From an uncultured virus (IMG/VR IMGVR_UViG_3300027917_000037) (taxonomy: Duplodnaviria; Heunggongvirae; Uroviricota; Caudoviricetes), in IMG/VR virus record IMGVR_UViG_3300027917_000037: a stretch of DNA of 64,000 nucleotides; one strand, given 5' to 3'. Each line of letters opens with the position of its first letter. Positions within the stretch are counted from its first letter, which is position 1. A model generated the notes under the pieces. It worked only from the letters and a program-made list of their open reading frames with translations, searched no databases and was not told the DNA's origin. Position numbers and translations under genes: made by a program. Below, piece after piece: positions 1 to 9,500 of this stretch.

Positions 1-1654
1 TAATAAGTTAAAATCTGAGGGATATGTTGTTATCCCACTTTATGCCGATATAGAAACCTTGCAGGGACATCTTCGTCCATGTTTAAATCGTAGTTTACCA
101 ATAAATCTAGCTGTTAGAAAAACCCATACAGGGAAAGGATATATACATTTAAGAACTTTCGATAGAACTATCGAAGGTGTTAAGCAGGAGAAACCAGAAC
201 ATGGTAAATGGGTCCATGTATTAAATGAGGGGGTGGGCCCAAATCTAGAACAGTATATAAAAACTTTTATGCAGATAGAGGGGGAGATAGCAGTATCAGA
301 TATACAAGACTTTCATTACTGGGCGAAAAAAGTCTATATTGCTTTCATGTTAAAAGGAACGCCAACATATATTTATACAGAAGATGTGAATTCTAAAATA
401 GATTATTGGACTGGAAGAAGAGTTAGTAAGGGGCCTCCACCCGGAACAAAAAGAACAGAGGGTTATTTAGTTCCAAAACAATCAGAACTTATTAGTATTA
501 TTACAGATAGTCAAAACTATAGAGATCAGGCAGAAAAATTAGGATATGTGGTGTATTCTCCCGGAGATTTTAACTTAAGTCTACAAGCCAAAACTAATGA
601 ATTTATTGAAAATAATACAATTTCATGGGAATCCTCTCTTAATAGGGGCACACAAACTTATTTAATTGTATTTAAAGAAGAGCCCCCAGCAAGAGCAAAA
701 TCTTTGGGATTATTTACACCAGATATTGTTGAGTGGATAAGTGGTAGTAATGGTAAAATTTTAGGTGGCGCAGATAAATTGGGTAATAGTTTTTGGAGTA
801 AAAAAGGAGGAGTTATGGTAGTTTTTCCTCAATCTCCATCTACACCGCCAGAGAGCACAAGTTTAAATATTACCCACATATCTGATTTTCAAAAGGAAAT
901 TAAAAAATATGATTTTCTTTATGAATTTAAAGCAATAACATCTTTTTTACAGCGAAAATATAAAAAAGGGCTTATGGTGGAGGAATGGAATAAATGGCGC
1001 AACTTATGGTCAAACACAATGCGTCTAAAACAACTTATTAATCAGCGTGGGGAGCCGGCAAAAATTAATGGACGGGAAAAAATTATATATACTACAGAAA
1101 AAGGGTTTAAAATTTTTAATGAAGTGGCAATATCACTATATGAAAATAAGAGTAGACGAATATATAATAACGAAAATTTTTTAATGTTAAGTATTAGAGA
1201 GGCAAAAGATCCATTAGCAACCTATAAGAAAAAAAGGGATTTTAATGAAACGCCCGAACCTGAAGGTAAAGTAGCGGAAAAAAACAAACATAGATTTGTA
1301 ATTCAAGACCATTCAGCCCAAAAGGCTGGAAGGCACTTTGATATTCGTTTAGAAAATGACGAGGGAACCCTTTCTTCTTGGTCTATCCCAAAACACAAAA
1401 TGCCAACAGGAAGTGAAAAATTGTTAGCAGTGCCCACAGAGGATCATCCGACATCTTATAATAAATTTGAGGGCAAAATTCCCGAAGGTTATGGGGCTGG
1501 AAAAGTTACAATCCACGATTCTGGAACTTATAAGGAAATAGAAAGACAGAGTGATAAGATCATTTTTAAGTTAAATGGCAAAAAGGAGAAAGGGACTTAT
1601 GTGTTGGTCAAAACTAAAAAGAATTGGCTTTTTATGAAACATAAGTCGGAATAG
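1..1654 (+). CDS. Large protein (5' end outside the window) with a C-terminal LigD-type DNA 3'-phosphoesterase domain
   Basis: Frame is open from base 2. The C-terminal ~150 aa (from ~1208) has LATYKKKRDFNETPEP, FVIQDH, HFDIRLE, SWSIPK, LAVPTEDHP, FEGKIPEGYGAGKVTIHDSGTY, which match the LigD PE domain. The N-terminal part is unrecognised. Confidence 0.85.
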   Translation, partial: NKLKSEGYVVIPLYADIETLQGHLRPCLNRSLPINLAVRKTHTGKGYIHLRTFDRTIEGVKQEKPEHGKWVHVLNEGVGPNLEQYIKTFMQIEGEIAVSDIQDFHYWAKKVYIAFMLKGTPTYIYTEDVNSKIDYWTGRRVSKGPPPGTKRTEGYLVPKQSELISIITDSQNYRDQAEKLGYVVYSPGDFNLSLQAKTNEFIENNTISWESSLNRGTQTYLIVFKEEPPARAKSLGLFTPDIVEWISGSNGKILGGADKLGNSFWSKKGGVMVVFPQSPSTPPESTSLNITHISDFQKEIKKYDFLYEFKAITSFLQRKYKKGLMVEEWNKWRNLWSNTMRLKQLINQRGEPAKINGREKIIYTTEKGFKIFNEVAISLYENKSRRIYNNENFLMLSIREAKDPLATYKKKRDFNETPEPEGKVAEKNKHRFVIQDHSAQKAGRHFDIRLENDEGTLSSWSIPKHKMPTGSEKLLAVPTEDHPTSYNKFEGKIPEGYGAGKVTIHDSGTYKEIERQSDKIIFKLNGKKEKGTYVLVKTKKNWLFMKHKSE

Positions 1655-1655
1655 G

Positions 1656-1676
1656 CTACTAATAATGGAATATAAT
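1656..1676 (+). promoter_or_regulatory. Putative phage late promoter
   Basis: CTACTAATAA-tggaa-TATAAT, an intergenic copy of the recurring motif. Confidence 0.65.
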
Positions 1677-1696
1677 TTAAAATATTGGAGTTTTTT

Positions 1697-1996
1697 ATGA
1701 GTACAGCCAACTACATCAAAAAACATTTTCTTGGAAAAGAGTTGTGCATATTTTTAGGGGATGATGCTGAAACTATTAATTATGATCAAGCATCTCCTGT
1801 AAATTGGGCGTATTATCGCGGAGTTGTGGAAGATGTTGATTTGGAAGATGAAATTGTGGTTTTAAATATTCCTGATGTAGGTAAAATGTACATTGATGCA
1901 TCTTGTAATGTTAAGGCTTTTTGGGAGCCAGGTTTTAACTTCCTTAAAGCAATGAAGACATCATTGACTAAGAAAATGGTCGGAGTTTCATCGTAG
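1697..1996 (+). CDS. Hypothetical protein
   Basis: ORF track starts at 1685; ATG 1697 follows GGAG and is the likelier start. Confidence 0.6.
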   Translation: MSTANYIKKHFLGKELCIFLGDDAETINYDQASPVNWAYYRGVVEDVDLEDEIVVLNIPDVGKMYIDASCNVKAFWEPGFNFLKAMKTSLTKKMVGVSS

Positions 1997-2004
1997 GAGT
2001 TTTA

Positions 2005-2655
2005 ATGGCCAGAAAACTTATTAAAGAAGCGCGCATATTGAAACGTAAGGGGAAATATTGTGTTGTTGGTCACAAAAAGAATAAAAGTGGCAATTATCAT
2101 AGTTTTGGCTGTTACAATACTAAAGAGGAGGCAGAAGGTCGTCTTAATCAAGTTCGCAAATTCAAGCATATAAAGTCTAGTATTATTAGCACTATGCATG
2201 AAATTTCTGGAGTTTTATATGAGCGTGGAATTATCCATGTCGCTGATGCACTAACCAACTGTATTAATTGTATAATACAAAATGATTCAAGAGAGCAGAT
2301 TGCTACGAAACTTGGTAAAATAATACCTCTTTTGCAGAAAAGGGGTGAAGGGAGTTTAACCGAACGGCTTGAGCAACTAATTCCTGAAATTTTGGTTTTG
2401 GAGAAGATAGATTGCGAAGTCGAACGACCAGTTTCAACAAAATATCGCATTTCAGCACAGCGTGCCTATAATATTGCAACTTTATTAAAGAAAAAATATT
2501 TGGAAGGGGAAATTGACGAAAATGATTTTGAGTATGAAAAAATGAGGGAATTGGAGTCTTTATTGAAGGCTGGATTCATTCTCCCCATGCCGAAATCATA
2601 TAAAGAACTTCCCGGAAATACAAAAAATTGGTGGGATCACTTTTCAAAGGGGTAA
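2005..2655 (+). CDS. Putative internal head protein
   Basis: AGGAG RBS; N-terminal LIKEA motif; two degenerate copies of the helical-hairpin motif. Confidence 0.55.
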   Translation: MARKLIKEARILKRKGKYCVVGHKKNKSGNYHSFGCYNTKEEAEGRLNQVRKFKHIKSSIISTMHEISGVLYERGIIHVADALTNCINCIIQNDSREQIATKLGKIIPLLQKRGEGSLTERLEQLIPEILVLEKIDCEVERPVSTKYRISAQRAYNIATLLKKKYLEGEIDENDFEYEKMRELESLLKAGFILPMPKSYKELPGNTKNWWDHFSKG

Positions 2656-2657
2656 TT

Positions 2658-3611
2658 ATGAGTATTTTTAACAAACTATCTGATTTAGCGAAGTTGGAGA
2701 TATTAAAAGAAGCGGGGTTTGATTCGTTTTATGATTTACAAAGAAGTCTTCACCTTATGTCTGTGGAAGATCTTGAAGAATTACGAGATAAGATAGAAGA
2801 TATTTTGGAGAAGCATGAGGAAAATTTAACTCCCCCTAAAGAAGAGGATATTGATTTTCATACAGAACTGGAAGATATTCAATTTTCTGATGATGGTTCT
2901 TCAAATAAAACAAATTTAGCCGATGATCTTCACCCCTTGATAGAGTTAGCTGATTCTTTGGATAGGCGCGGTCTTTATGATGCTGCCAAAATAATCGACG
3001 AAACGATTAAAAACAAAGTACAGAAGTTGTCAGATCCCATGAGAGTGCAGGCTGCACGGCTGCGTAAGAAGTTTGCTGAAAAAGAAAAATATTACGCAAG
3101 GGAAGAGTTAGAACAATTGCTCAACACTAAGTGGAGTGCACTAACCGATAAATTCAAAAACAGGGCGCGCGCTATGAGATCAACTTTTGAAAAACCCGAG
3201 TTGGATAGAATTGTATGGCGCTGGATAGATACGGGATTTGGTACAGGAGGAAAGAAAAAAGACGCATATGATATTCCACCTCCACTTACCAATAGAGATA
3301 TCCCAAGTCCACTTACGCAGAAAGATATACCTGGACCGTTAACACAAATTCCAGGACCACCTGCCCAAAAAGATATACCCGGACTGCTTACCCAACAAGA
3401 TGTGCCCAAATCAGCACCACAAAAGTTCCCTACATCCAGACCAACTAGTACTATCGACAAAATACGCTTTAATATTGAGAAAAGACTTAATATTTCTTTA
3501 GAAGGGCTTTCACCAAGACAAGTGGTTCAGGTTAGCAAAATTCGTAATCCTGGATTAGCACGACAATGGGTGGAGTTTCTACGCAGGCGTAAGGCCATAA
3601 GGGCAAAATGA
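2658..3611 (+). CDS. Putative internal head protein with a helical-hairpin motif and Pro-rich repeats
   Basis: LIELADSLDRRGLYDAAKIIDETIK; ILKEA motif; DIPxPLTQK-like repeats; ATG 2658 likelier than 2628. Confidence 0.6.
   Translation: MSIFNKLSDLAKLEILKEAGFDSFYDLQRSLHLMSVEDLEELRDKIEDILEKHEENLTPPKEEDIDFHTELEDIQFSDDGSSNKTNLADDLHPLIELADSLDRRGLYDAAKIIDETIKNKVQKLSDPMRVQAARLRKKFAEKEKYYAREELEQLLNTKWSALTDKFKNRARAMRSTFEKPELDRIVWRWIDTGFGTGGKKKDAYDIPPPLTNRDIPSPLTQKDIPGPLTQIPGPPAQKDIPGLLTQQDVPKSAPQKFPTSRPTSTIDKIRFNIEKRLNISLEGLSPRQVVQVSKIRNPGLARQWVEFLRRRKAIRAK
3270..3410 (+). repeat. About 6 degenerate ~9-aa repeats (DIPxPLTQK)
   Basis: DIPPPLTNR DIPSPLTQK DIPGPLTQ IPGPPAQK DIPGLLTQQ DVP. Confidence 0.8.
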
Positions 3612-3958
3612 GTGACTTTAAACTGTCAGTACATAAAGAGGCTCAGATTAACGCCGCAAGGCGTACCGCTCAATCTCTTTTTAAAATTATTCAGTTTATG
3701 TTCTACCGCATTCCTGAAAAAGACAAGAAAAGATTTTTTTCCAGAGTTCGTGGCAAAGTTGTGCGTATGTCGCCTGCACAATTAGGAGGTAAAAACTTAC
3801 CTCCATCCACTGCAATTGGACAGGCTGTAGCACTTACAAAGATTTTATTGAGTGGTTTAAATCCTGTGTTTGTTAAATCTGTGTTAATTGAGTTAACAAA
3901 AATGCTTGCCACAAAACCCCCACATACGCCACCGCCCCCACCAGGTCAAAAAATATAG
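3608..3958 (+). CDS. Hypothetical basic protein
   Basis: ATGA overlap with the upstream gene; N-terminal VHKEA motif. Confidence 0.6.
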   Translation: MSDFKLSVHKEAQINAARRTAQSLFKIIQFMFYRIPEKDKKRFFSRVRGKVVRMSPAQLGGKNLPPSTAIGQAVALTKILLSGLNPVFVKSVLIELTKMLATKPPHTPPPPPGQKI

Positions 3959-3967
3959 GAGGAATTA

Positions 3968-5470
3968 ATGACTGATTTTTTACTAAGCAAAAGAGCACAA
4001 CAACCACAACCCTCCTATACACCAACTCCTAATATAGTAATTGAACCTGTAGACCCTTTAGTTCAACAGGCTGTGAATAAAATTAAACAGACCGACCCTA
4101 ATTTTTTCTTACAAGTAGAGAAAATTGTTGTACATTTTGGCGGAGGTGCAGGACATCTTGGATATGTAAAGCGTGGTCCTGATGATAATCCACGCGTGAT
4201 TCACATTTACAAGGATCGTATTAAGGAGATTATTCAGAGAGATTTGGGTGGCAATATGAACGCTGCAAATTTTGAGCAAGCAGTTCAAGCAGCCATAGCA
4301 GAAGTTATTGGTCATGAAAGAGCACATATTGGTGAAAAACCTGAAGAATTTTTCCATGATGAGCCTGAAGCCGAGCGTGGAGGGGCAGAAATTCTACAAA
4401 AGATAAAGCCCCAATTTGTAGATGATTTATTAAATGCATCTTTAGTTTTGGATGACATTAGAAAAAAATATTTACCAAACACTCCCATGTCGGAACCAAA
4501 TTTGCCTTTTGTAATTTATTGTAAACATGCTAATAATAAACAGATAATTAGAGAAGGCATTAAAATCTTATGTGCAGATGATATGAGTCCTGTTGTCCTG
4601 GAAATTCAGGAAGCGCGTCAATTTAATAAAGATAAAATCAACACCTTTGCTAAAAGACTAGGATTAATAGAAAAAATTGCAGGAATTGATTTCGATACGG
4701 ATGATTTTGTATTACGTATTGCTGAGTTTCAAATTTTATGTGGTCTAAAACCTACTGGAAAAATTAATGAAGATATATTTAAGAAAGTAGCAAACATTCG
4801 TTTTAGCGAGTTCCCAAAGAATTTTGGTATTGTTATTCCTGGAAAACTTTACCGTGGGGCTTTGATTGATAGACCTATTCAACTTAGAGCATTGCGAGAC
4901 CAATGTGGTGTCCAGCGTGTTGTTTCACTACATGATAATTTTGAAATGCCTAGAATATGTAGTTTTCTCGGTATTGAGCATGTTCCCGCTCACATGGAAC
5001 GGTGTTCTATAGAAGAGCCTGGTCGTAGAGTTTTTGAGGATTCTGTATCAGAATTTTTGTTACAAAAACCAACTTACATCCATTGCTATTATGGACAAGA
5101 TCGTACTGGGGGTGTAATAGCAAGACTTAGAACCGAAATGGGTTGGCCATGCAAATTGGCTTATTTGGAAGCAAAATCATATGGTTTTAAAGATATTTTT
5201 GCAGATTTTATAGATTGGTTTTGCGAGCCTACTGGGGAATCGCCACCAGTAAATACAGACAAGATACGCATGATTCTTGGTGATAGGAGTCCTTATGTAA
5301 ATCCTGAATTAACGCAAAATCTATTAGAACCAACACCTACCGATTTGCCGTTCGGCAATCCTTATGATGAATTGAGTAATCACACCTACCTTACTTGGGC
5401 TGATACAGTCAATAACATCACACCTATGAGTATCACGCCACCAATTCCAACAGGGAGTCATGGAGTATGA
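3968..5470 (+). CDS. Multidomain protein: zincin-like HExxH domain, partial peptidoglycan-binding-like motif, Cys-dependent protein-tyrosine/dual-specificity phosphatase
   Basis: GHERAH...E at ~4313; IAEFQILCGLKPTGKIN; NFGIVIPGKLYRGA and the P-loop HCYYGQDRTG at 5081-5110. Confidence 0.8.
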   Translation: MTDFLLSKRAQQPQPSYTPTPNIVIEPVDPLVQQAVNKIKQTDPNFFLQVEKIVVHFGGGAGHLGYVKRGPDDNPRVIHIYKDRIKEIIQRDLGGNMNAANFEQAVQAAIAEVIGHERAHIGEKPEEFFHDEPEAERGGAEILQKIKPQFVDDLLNASLVLDDIRKKYLPNTPMSEPNLPFVIYCKHANNKQIIREGIKILCADDMSPVVLEIQEARQFNKDKINTFAKRLGLIEKIAGIDFDTDDFVLRIAEFQILCGLKPTGKINEDIFKKVANIRFSEFPKNFGIVIPGKLYRGALIDRPIQLRALRDQCGVQRVVSLHDNFEMPRICSFLGIEHVPAHMERCSIEEPGRRVFEDSVSEFLLQKPTYIHCYYGQDRTGGVIARLRTEMGWPCKLAYLEAKSYGFKDIFADFIDWFCEPTGESPPVNTDKIRMILGDRSPYVNPELTQNLLEPTPTDLPFGNPYDELSNHTYLTWADTVNNITPMSITPPIPTGSHGV

Positions 5471-5739
5471 TTAAATATTCGATATTATTATCTTTATCTA
5501 AACTAAGTAACAAATTGAAAGCTCGTGGTTTTGTACAGGCTTCAGAAAAGATTGATGAAATTTTGTACAAATTAATAGATGATTTGGAAAAGGATGAAAA
5601 TATTGAAGATCAGGAAACTGATGATTTATCGGCTATCATAAATTCTGTTGGATTACGGGGAGATACCAAACCAGAGCAACCAATGGGCGGCCTCACACTA
5701 GAACCATTCTTCTTTGATGGTGGAGATCTTCGCTATTAA
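5467..5739 (+). CDS. Small acidic protein with the helical-hairpin motif
   Basis: LSKLSNKLKARGFVQASEKIDEILY; ATGA overlap. Confidence 0.6.
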   Translation: MIKYSILLSLSKLSNKLKARGFVQASEKIDEILYKLIDDLEKDENIEDQETDDLSAIINSVGLRGDTKPEQPMGGLTLEPFFFDGGDLRY

Positions 5740-5763
5740 TGTATAGCGAAAAGTTGCCGAAAT

Positions 5764-5784
5764 CTATTAATAATATTATATACT
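5764..5784 (+). promoter_or_regulatory. Putative phage late promoter
   Basis: CTATTAATAA-tatta-TATACT. Confidence 0.7.
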
Positions 5785-5811
5785 TTTTGAAAACTTTGCA
5801 TGGAGAAGTGT

Positions 5812-6432
5812 ATGAAAAAACTTTTTGCACAGTATGTACAAAGGTCTTCAGAAATAACCGAAGAAGAGCGTGCAGCGGCGCGTGAAGTATTAAGTGCGTT
5901 CGATAAGTTTTTGAAACAATTATGGGCTGCACGACAACATGACCAGCGTTTGGTTAATGTGTTAAAAAAGAATAAAGATACAGACCCAAGCACACTGTTT
6001 GGAATAAGGCACTTGCTCCGTAGATTTCAGAAAGAAGTAAAACAGAGATATACAAACCTAATTGTCGATTTTGCTGGGAAGAAGGATGCGGATAAGGAAT
6101 CTATTTCTAAGGGTTACATCCACACCCTTCTACCTTTGGAAAAAGATACTCTTACTAGAAATATTAAAGTAGCCCTACAAGATGCAATGCAACAACTAAC
6201 AGAGTTCCTGGAGGAATTCTTGGAAGCATTTGAAGATTTTAACAATCCTGATCAAATAACTAAGATTGTTACTACATCTTCTAAAGCAGATCAAATTGTG
6301 CAAAGTATTGAAAATATTATTGACGGTCAACTTAAGCCACATTTTGAAAGAAATGTTTTAAAAAGAAAGCGTTTAGGTTCGGCTGGTGTCCGTCGTAGAA
6401 TCCGCATAATCGAAATGCTGGAGGAAAAATAA
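5812..6432 (+). CDS. Hypothetical helical protein
   Basis: ORF track starts at 5800; ATG 5812 follows GGAG. Confidence 0.65.
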   Translation: MKKLFAQYVQRSSEITEEERAAAREVLSAFDKFLKQLWAARQHDQRLVNVLKKNKDTDPSTLFGIRHLLRRFQKEVKQRYTNLIVDFAGKKDADKESISKGYIHTLLPLEKDTLTRNIKVALQDAMQQLTEFLEEFLEAFEDFNNPDQITKIVTTSSKADQIVQSIENIIDGQLKPHFERNVLKRKRLGSAGVRRRIRIIEMLEEK

Positions 6433-6578
6433 TGGCATTTGTTAAATATTCTGAAGGGCGCATTGATGGCGTTTATGATGATAAAGAGGATGCAAAAAAA
6501 GAGTTTAAAAACCCCAAATCTGAAAAACAAAAAGAAAAAAAGGAAATGGAAGATAAAGAAGAGGAAACAAAACAGTAG
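6432..6578 (+). CDS. 48-aa charged protein (not in the ORF track)
   Basis: TAATG coupling to the upstream gene with GGAGG; MAFVKYSEGRIDGVYDDKEDAKKEF...; fills the gap before the protease gene. Confidence 0.6.
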   Translation: MAFVKYSEGRIDGVYDDKEDAKKEFKNPKSEKQKEKKEMEDKEEETKQ

Positions 6579-6590
6579 GGAGAACTTTAA

Positions 6591-9500
6591 ATGGTAATAT
6601 TTAAAACTGCTAATTTTAATTTTTCTGTCGATGAGGTTTATGGTTCCGATTTTGTGGATCGAAATAAACATTTGGCTACACGAATTTCTAATCCCGATGT
6701 TGCAGATATTGACGAGGAAATAAAAGGCAGATTTAAAAAGTTTGCACAGGGGCTTAAAAAAGTAGCGCCAAAGGCTAAAGATTTCTTGTACTTCTCGTGT
6801 GTCATGATGCATAGTTCCGAAGCCGCACTTATTAATCAAGATACTGGGGAACCTATTTTAAAGGATGGGGAACCAATTACAGCAGAGTGGGAAATTAATA
6901 ATAAGACGGGGTCTTGGAAATGGAAGTGTTCAGATCCTAATATTAGACCATATAAGAATAATAATGGCGATATTTTCCCAGAAGGTGAACTTAAAAGAGC
7001 ATATCGTAACTGGATTGGTCGTCCTCTTTGCAAAGACCATCAAAGTTCTTCAGTAGATGGTATCCGAGGTATTATTGTAGACACATATTATGACGATAAA
7101 CGCAAAAGAGTTATTGCTCTTTGTGCTTTGGATAAAATTAATTATCCCGATTTAGCAAGAAAAGTTGCAACTGGATATGCCAACAACGTGAGTATGGGCA
7201 CTGCTGTCGGCAAATCTATTTGTTTTGAATGTGGTAATGTTGCGAAGGTCGAAGCAGATTATTGCCAGTGTGTAAGATCCAAATCCACATATGGAGAAAT
7301 CAACATAGATTTGTCACCAATTGAGTTAAGTCTCGTTGTTACTGGGGCAGATCCTAGAGCGCAACTTAGAAATGTAATTGCAAGTCTTGATAAGTATTCT
7401 AGCGAAAAACAAGCAAGAATTGAAGAACTTAGGCGAGCTGGGTGTGTAACTCCTGGCGAACTTGAGCGACTTGAGAAAGAAGTAAACGACCTTCGTAAAA
7501 CAGTACAATCAGTATTAGATTTGATTTCGTTAGAAAAGAAAGCGGGAATTGAAGAAGGAGAGCACACCGAGTTACGCAACCTTTATGAAGCGTTAGAGGG
7601 TGCGAAGAAAAGTGGAAACGAAGCAGCCGTCAAGGCTATCGAGGCTCGTATTGCTGAGGTAACTGATGTTGATGAGAAACCAACTGAAGTTGAACCTGCG
7701 CGATCTACGGGTGGTGATGGTTTCCGCATGGAAACAGAAAAGGCTCCCTATCAAATTCCTGAAGATTTTGAATCTAGACTTGCCAATGATGGAATCAATT
7801 CAATCAATAAAAAGCTGGACGCCATGGGACATGCACTTCGGGATTTAACCGAGGGCGTCCAGGAAGTTAAAAATTATAAGGAGGAGCAAATAATGTCTGA
7901 TAAGCTTCGTGAAAGGGCTGCAGCCCGTCGTGCAATGTTTCAAAAGTCCGCCTATTTTCAAGGAGGTGGTGGTGTAAATGAACCACAGACCTATCCAAAA
8001 GATCCAATGGCGGAGAAGGTAAGAGATAAAGAAGATAAGCAAATGGTTGGGGAAGGTATGGAGCCAGGGAGCGATGGTCTCGCTGGAGATGATCTTTCTC
8101 TTAAGCAAAAACTTCTTCGTGCTGAAGAGGAAGTTCGTAAACTTCGCCGAGAAGCCCTTCTTTCCAGCGGTGAGGGTGTTATTACCACTACTGATGGTAA
8201 GAAGTTAGTTCCTGTTCAAAGCCCAGATGGTAAAACCACTTATAAGGAAGTTGCTTCTGGTGCTGCAGACGATGTGGAGCAGGATGGTATCGACGCTGCT
8301 GTTGAGCGCTATCTTAAAGCCTATTTCCAGGGTGGCGGCGGCGTTAATGAGCCACAGACTTATCCAAAAGATTCAATGGCAGAGAAGGTAAGAGACAAAG
8401 AAGATAAACAAATGGTAGGAGAAGGTATGGAGCCAGGAAGCGATGGTCTTGCTGGAGATGACCTTTCGGTCAAACAAAAACTTCTTCGTGCCAAACTCCG
8501 TGCCAAATTTGTCATGGCTTTCAAGAACGACGATAAAACTATTATTGACAAAGATAATTCTCGTTGGGAGATATATGCTGGAACAGAAAAAGTTCTTACT
8601 GCTTCCGGTAAACAAACTTTTGAGGATGAACTTGAAGCAAATTGGGAGAACTTTGCAAGCAAGCGCTATGGGCGTGAAGTTCTGCGAGCTATTCGTGCTG
8701 ATGGTCTCGATAAAGTAGCAGAAATGCTTACTGGTAAGGGTCTTGAGAAAACAGCCCAACCCCCAATGCCAATTCCTGAGGGTGCGCCACCAACTCCAGA
8801 AGCTGCTCCGCCAATTCCCGAAGCCGAAGAAGGCAAGGAAGAGGGTGGGAAAGATCCAGTAGGAACTGCTGTTGATGCCCTCACTGAGCATCTTGAGGAA
8901 GCAGAAAAGGCTCTTGGTGATCTTAAGGATGCTTTAGAGGAAACCACTGGTGAAACTGAAGCTGCCCTTCCATCTCCAGCTGAGGCTGATGATGAAGGTT
9001 GTGCAGTATGCGATCAGGAAGCGGATGATATGGCAATGGCAGCAGCAGAGGAAGTTACCTCTACTGTTCAGGAAGTTTATAATGCTCTCGATGAAAGTGC
9101 AGATGAACTCGCCATGTTGGCCGAATCTCTTGAAAGCAGAGTGAAGGCTGGCAAGACTGCTGAAGATGATGTTACTTCTGAACTCCTTCGCCTTTCTACT
9201 GAGGCTATGAAAGAAAGTGAGGAACTTCGCAAAGAAGCCTCTTTGATTGTAGAGGCAGCCAAGAAGGATAAGAAGGATGAAGATAAGGAAGAAGAGAAAG
9301 AGGATAAGAAGGAGAAGAAAGAGGATAAGAAGGAGAAGAAAGAGGATAAGAAGGAGAAGAAAGAGGATAAGAAGGAGAAGAAAGAGGATAAGGAAGAAGA
9401 AAAAGAGGAAGAGGGTGAAAAGGAAGAGAAGGAAGAGAATGGTAAAAAGAAAACTAAGGCTGAAGTTCTCCTAGAAAATCTTCTTAAGGCTCGCGCGACT

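Noticed and set aside
9300..9392. 21-bp tandem repeat as a possible CRISPR array
   Set aside because: No spacers; it is an in-frame coding repeat (EDKKEKK) inside the scaffold.
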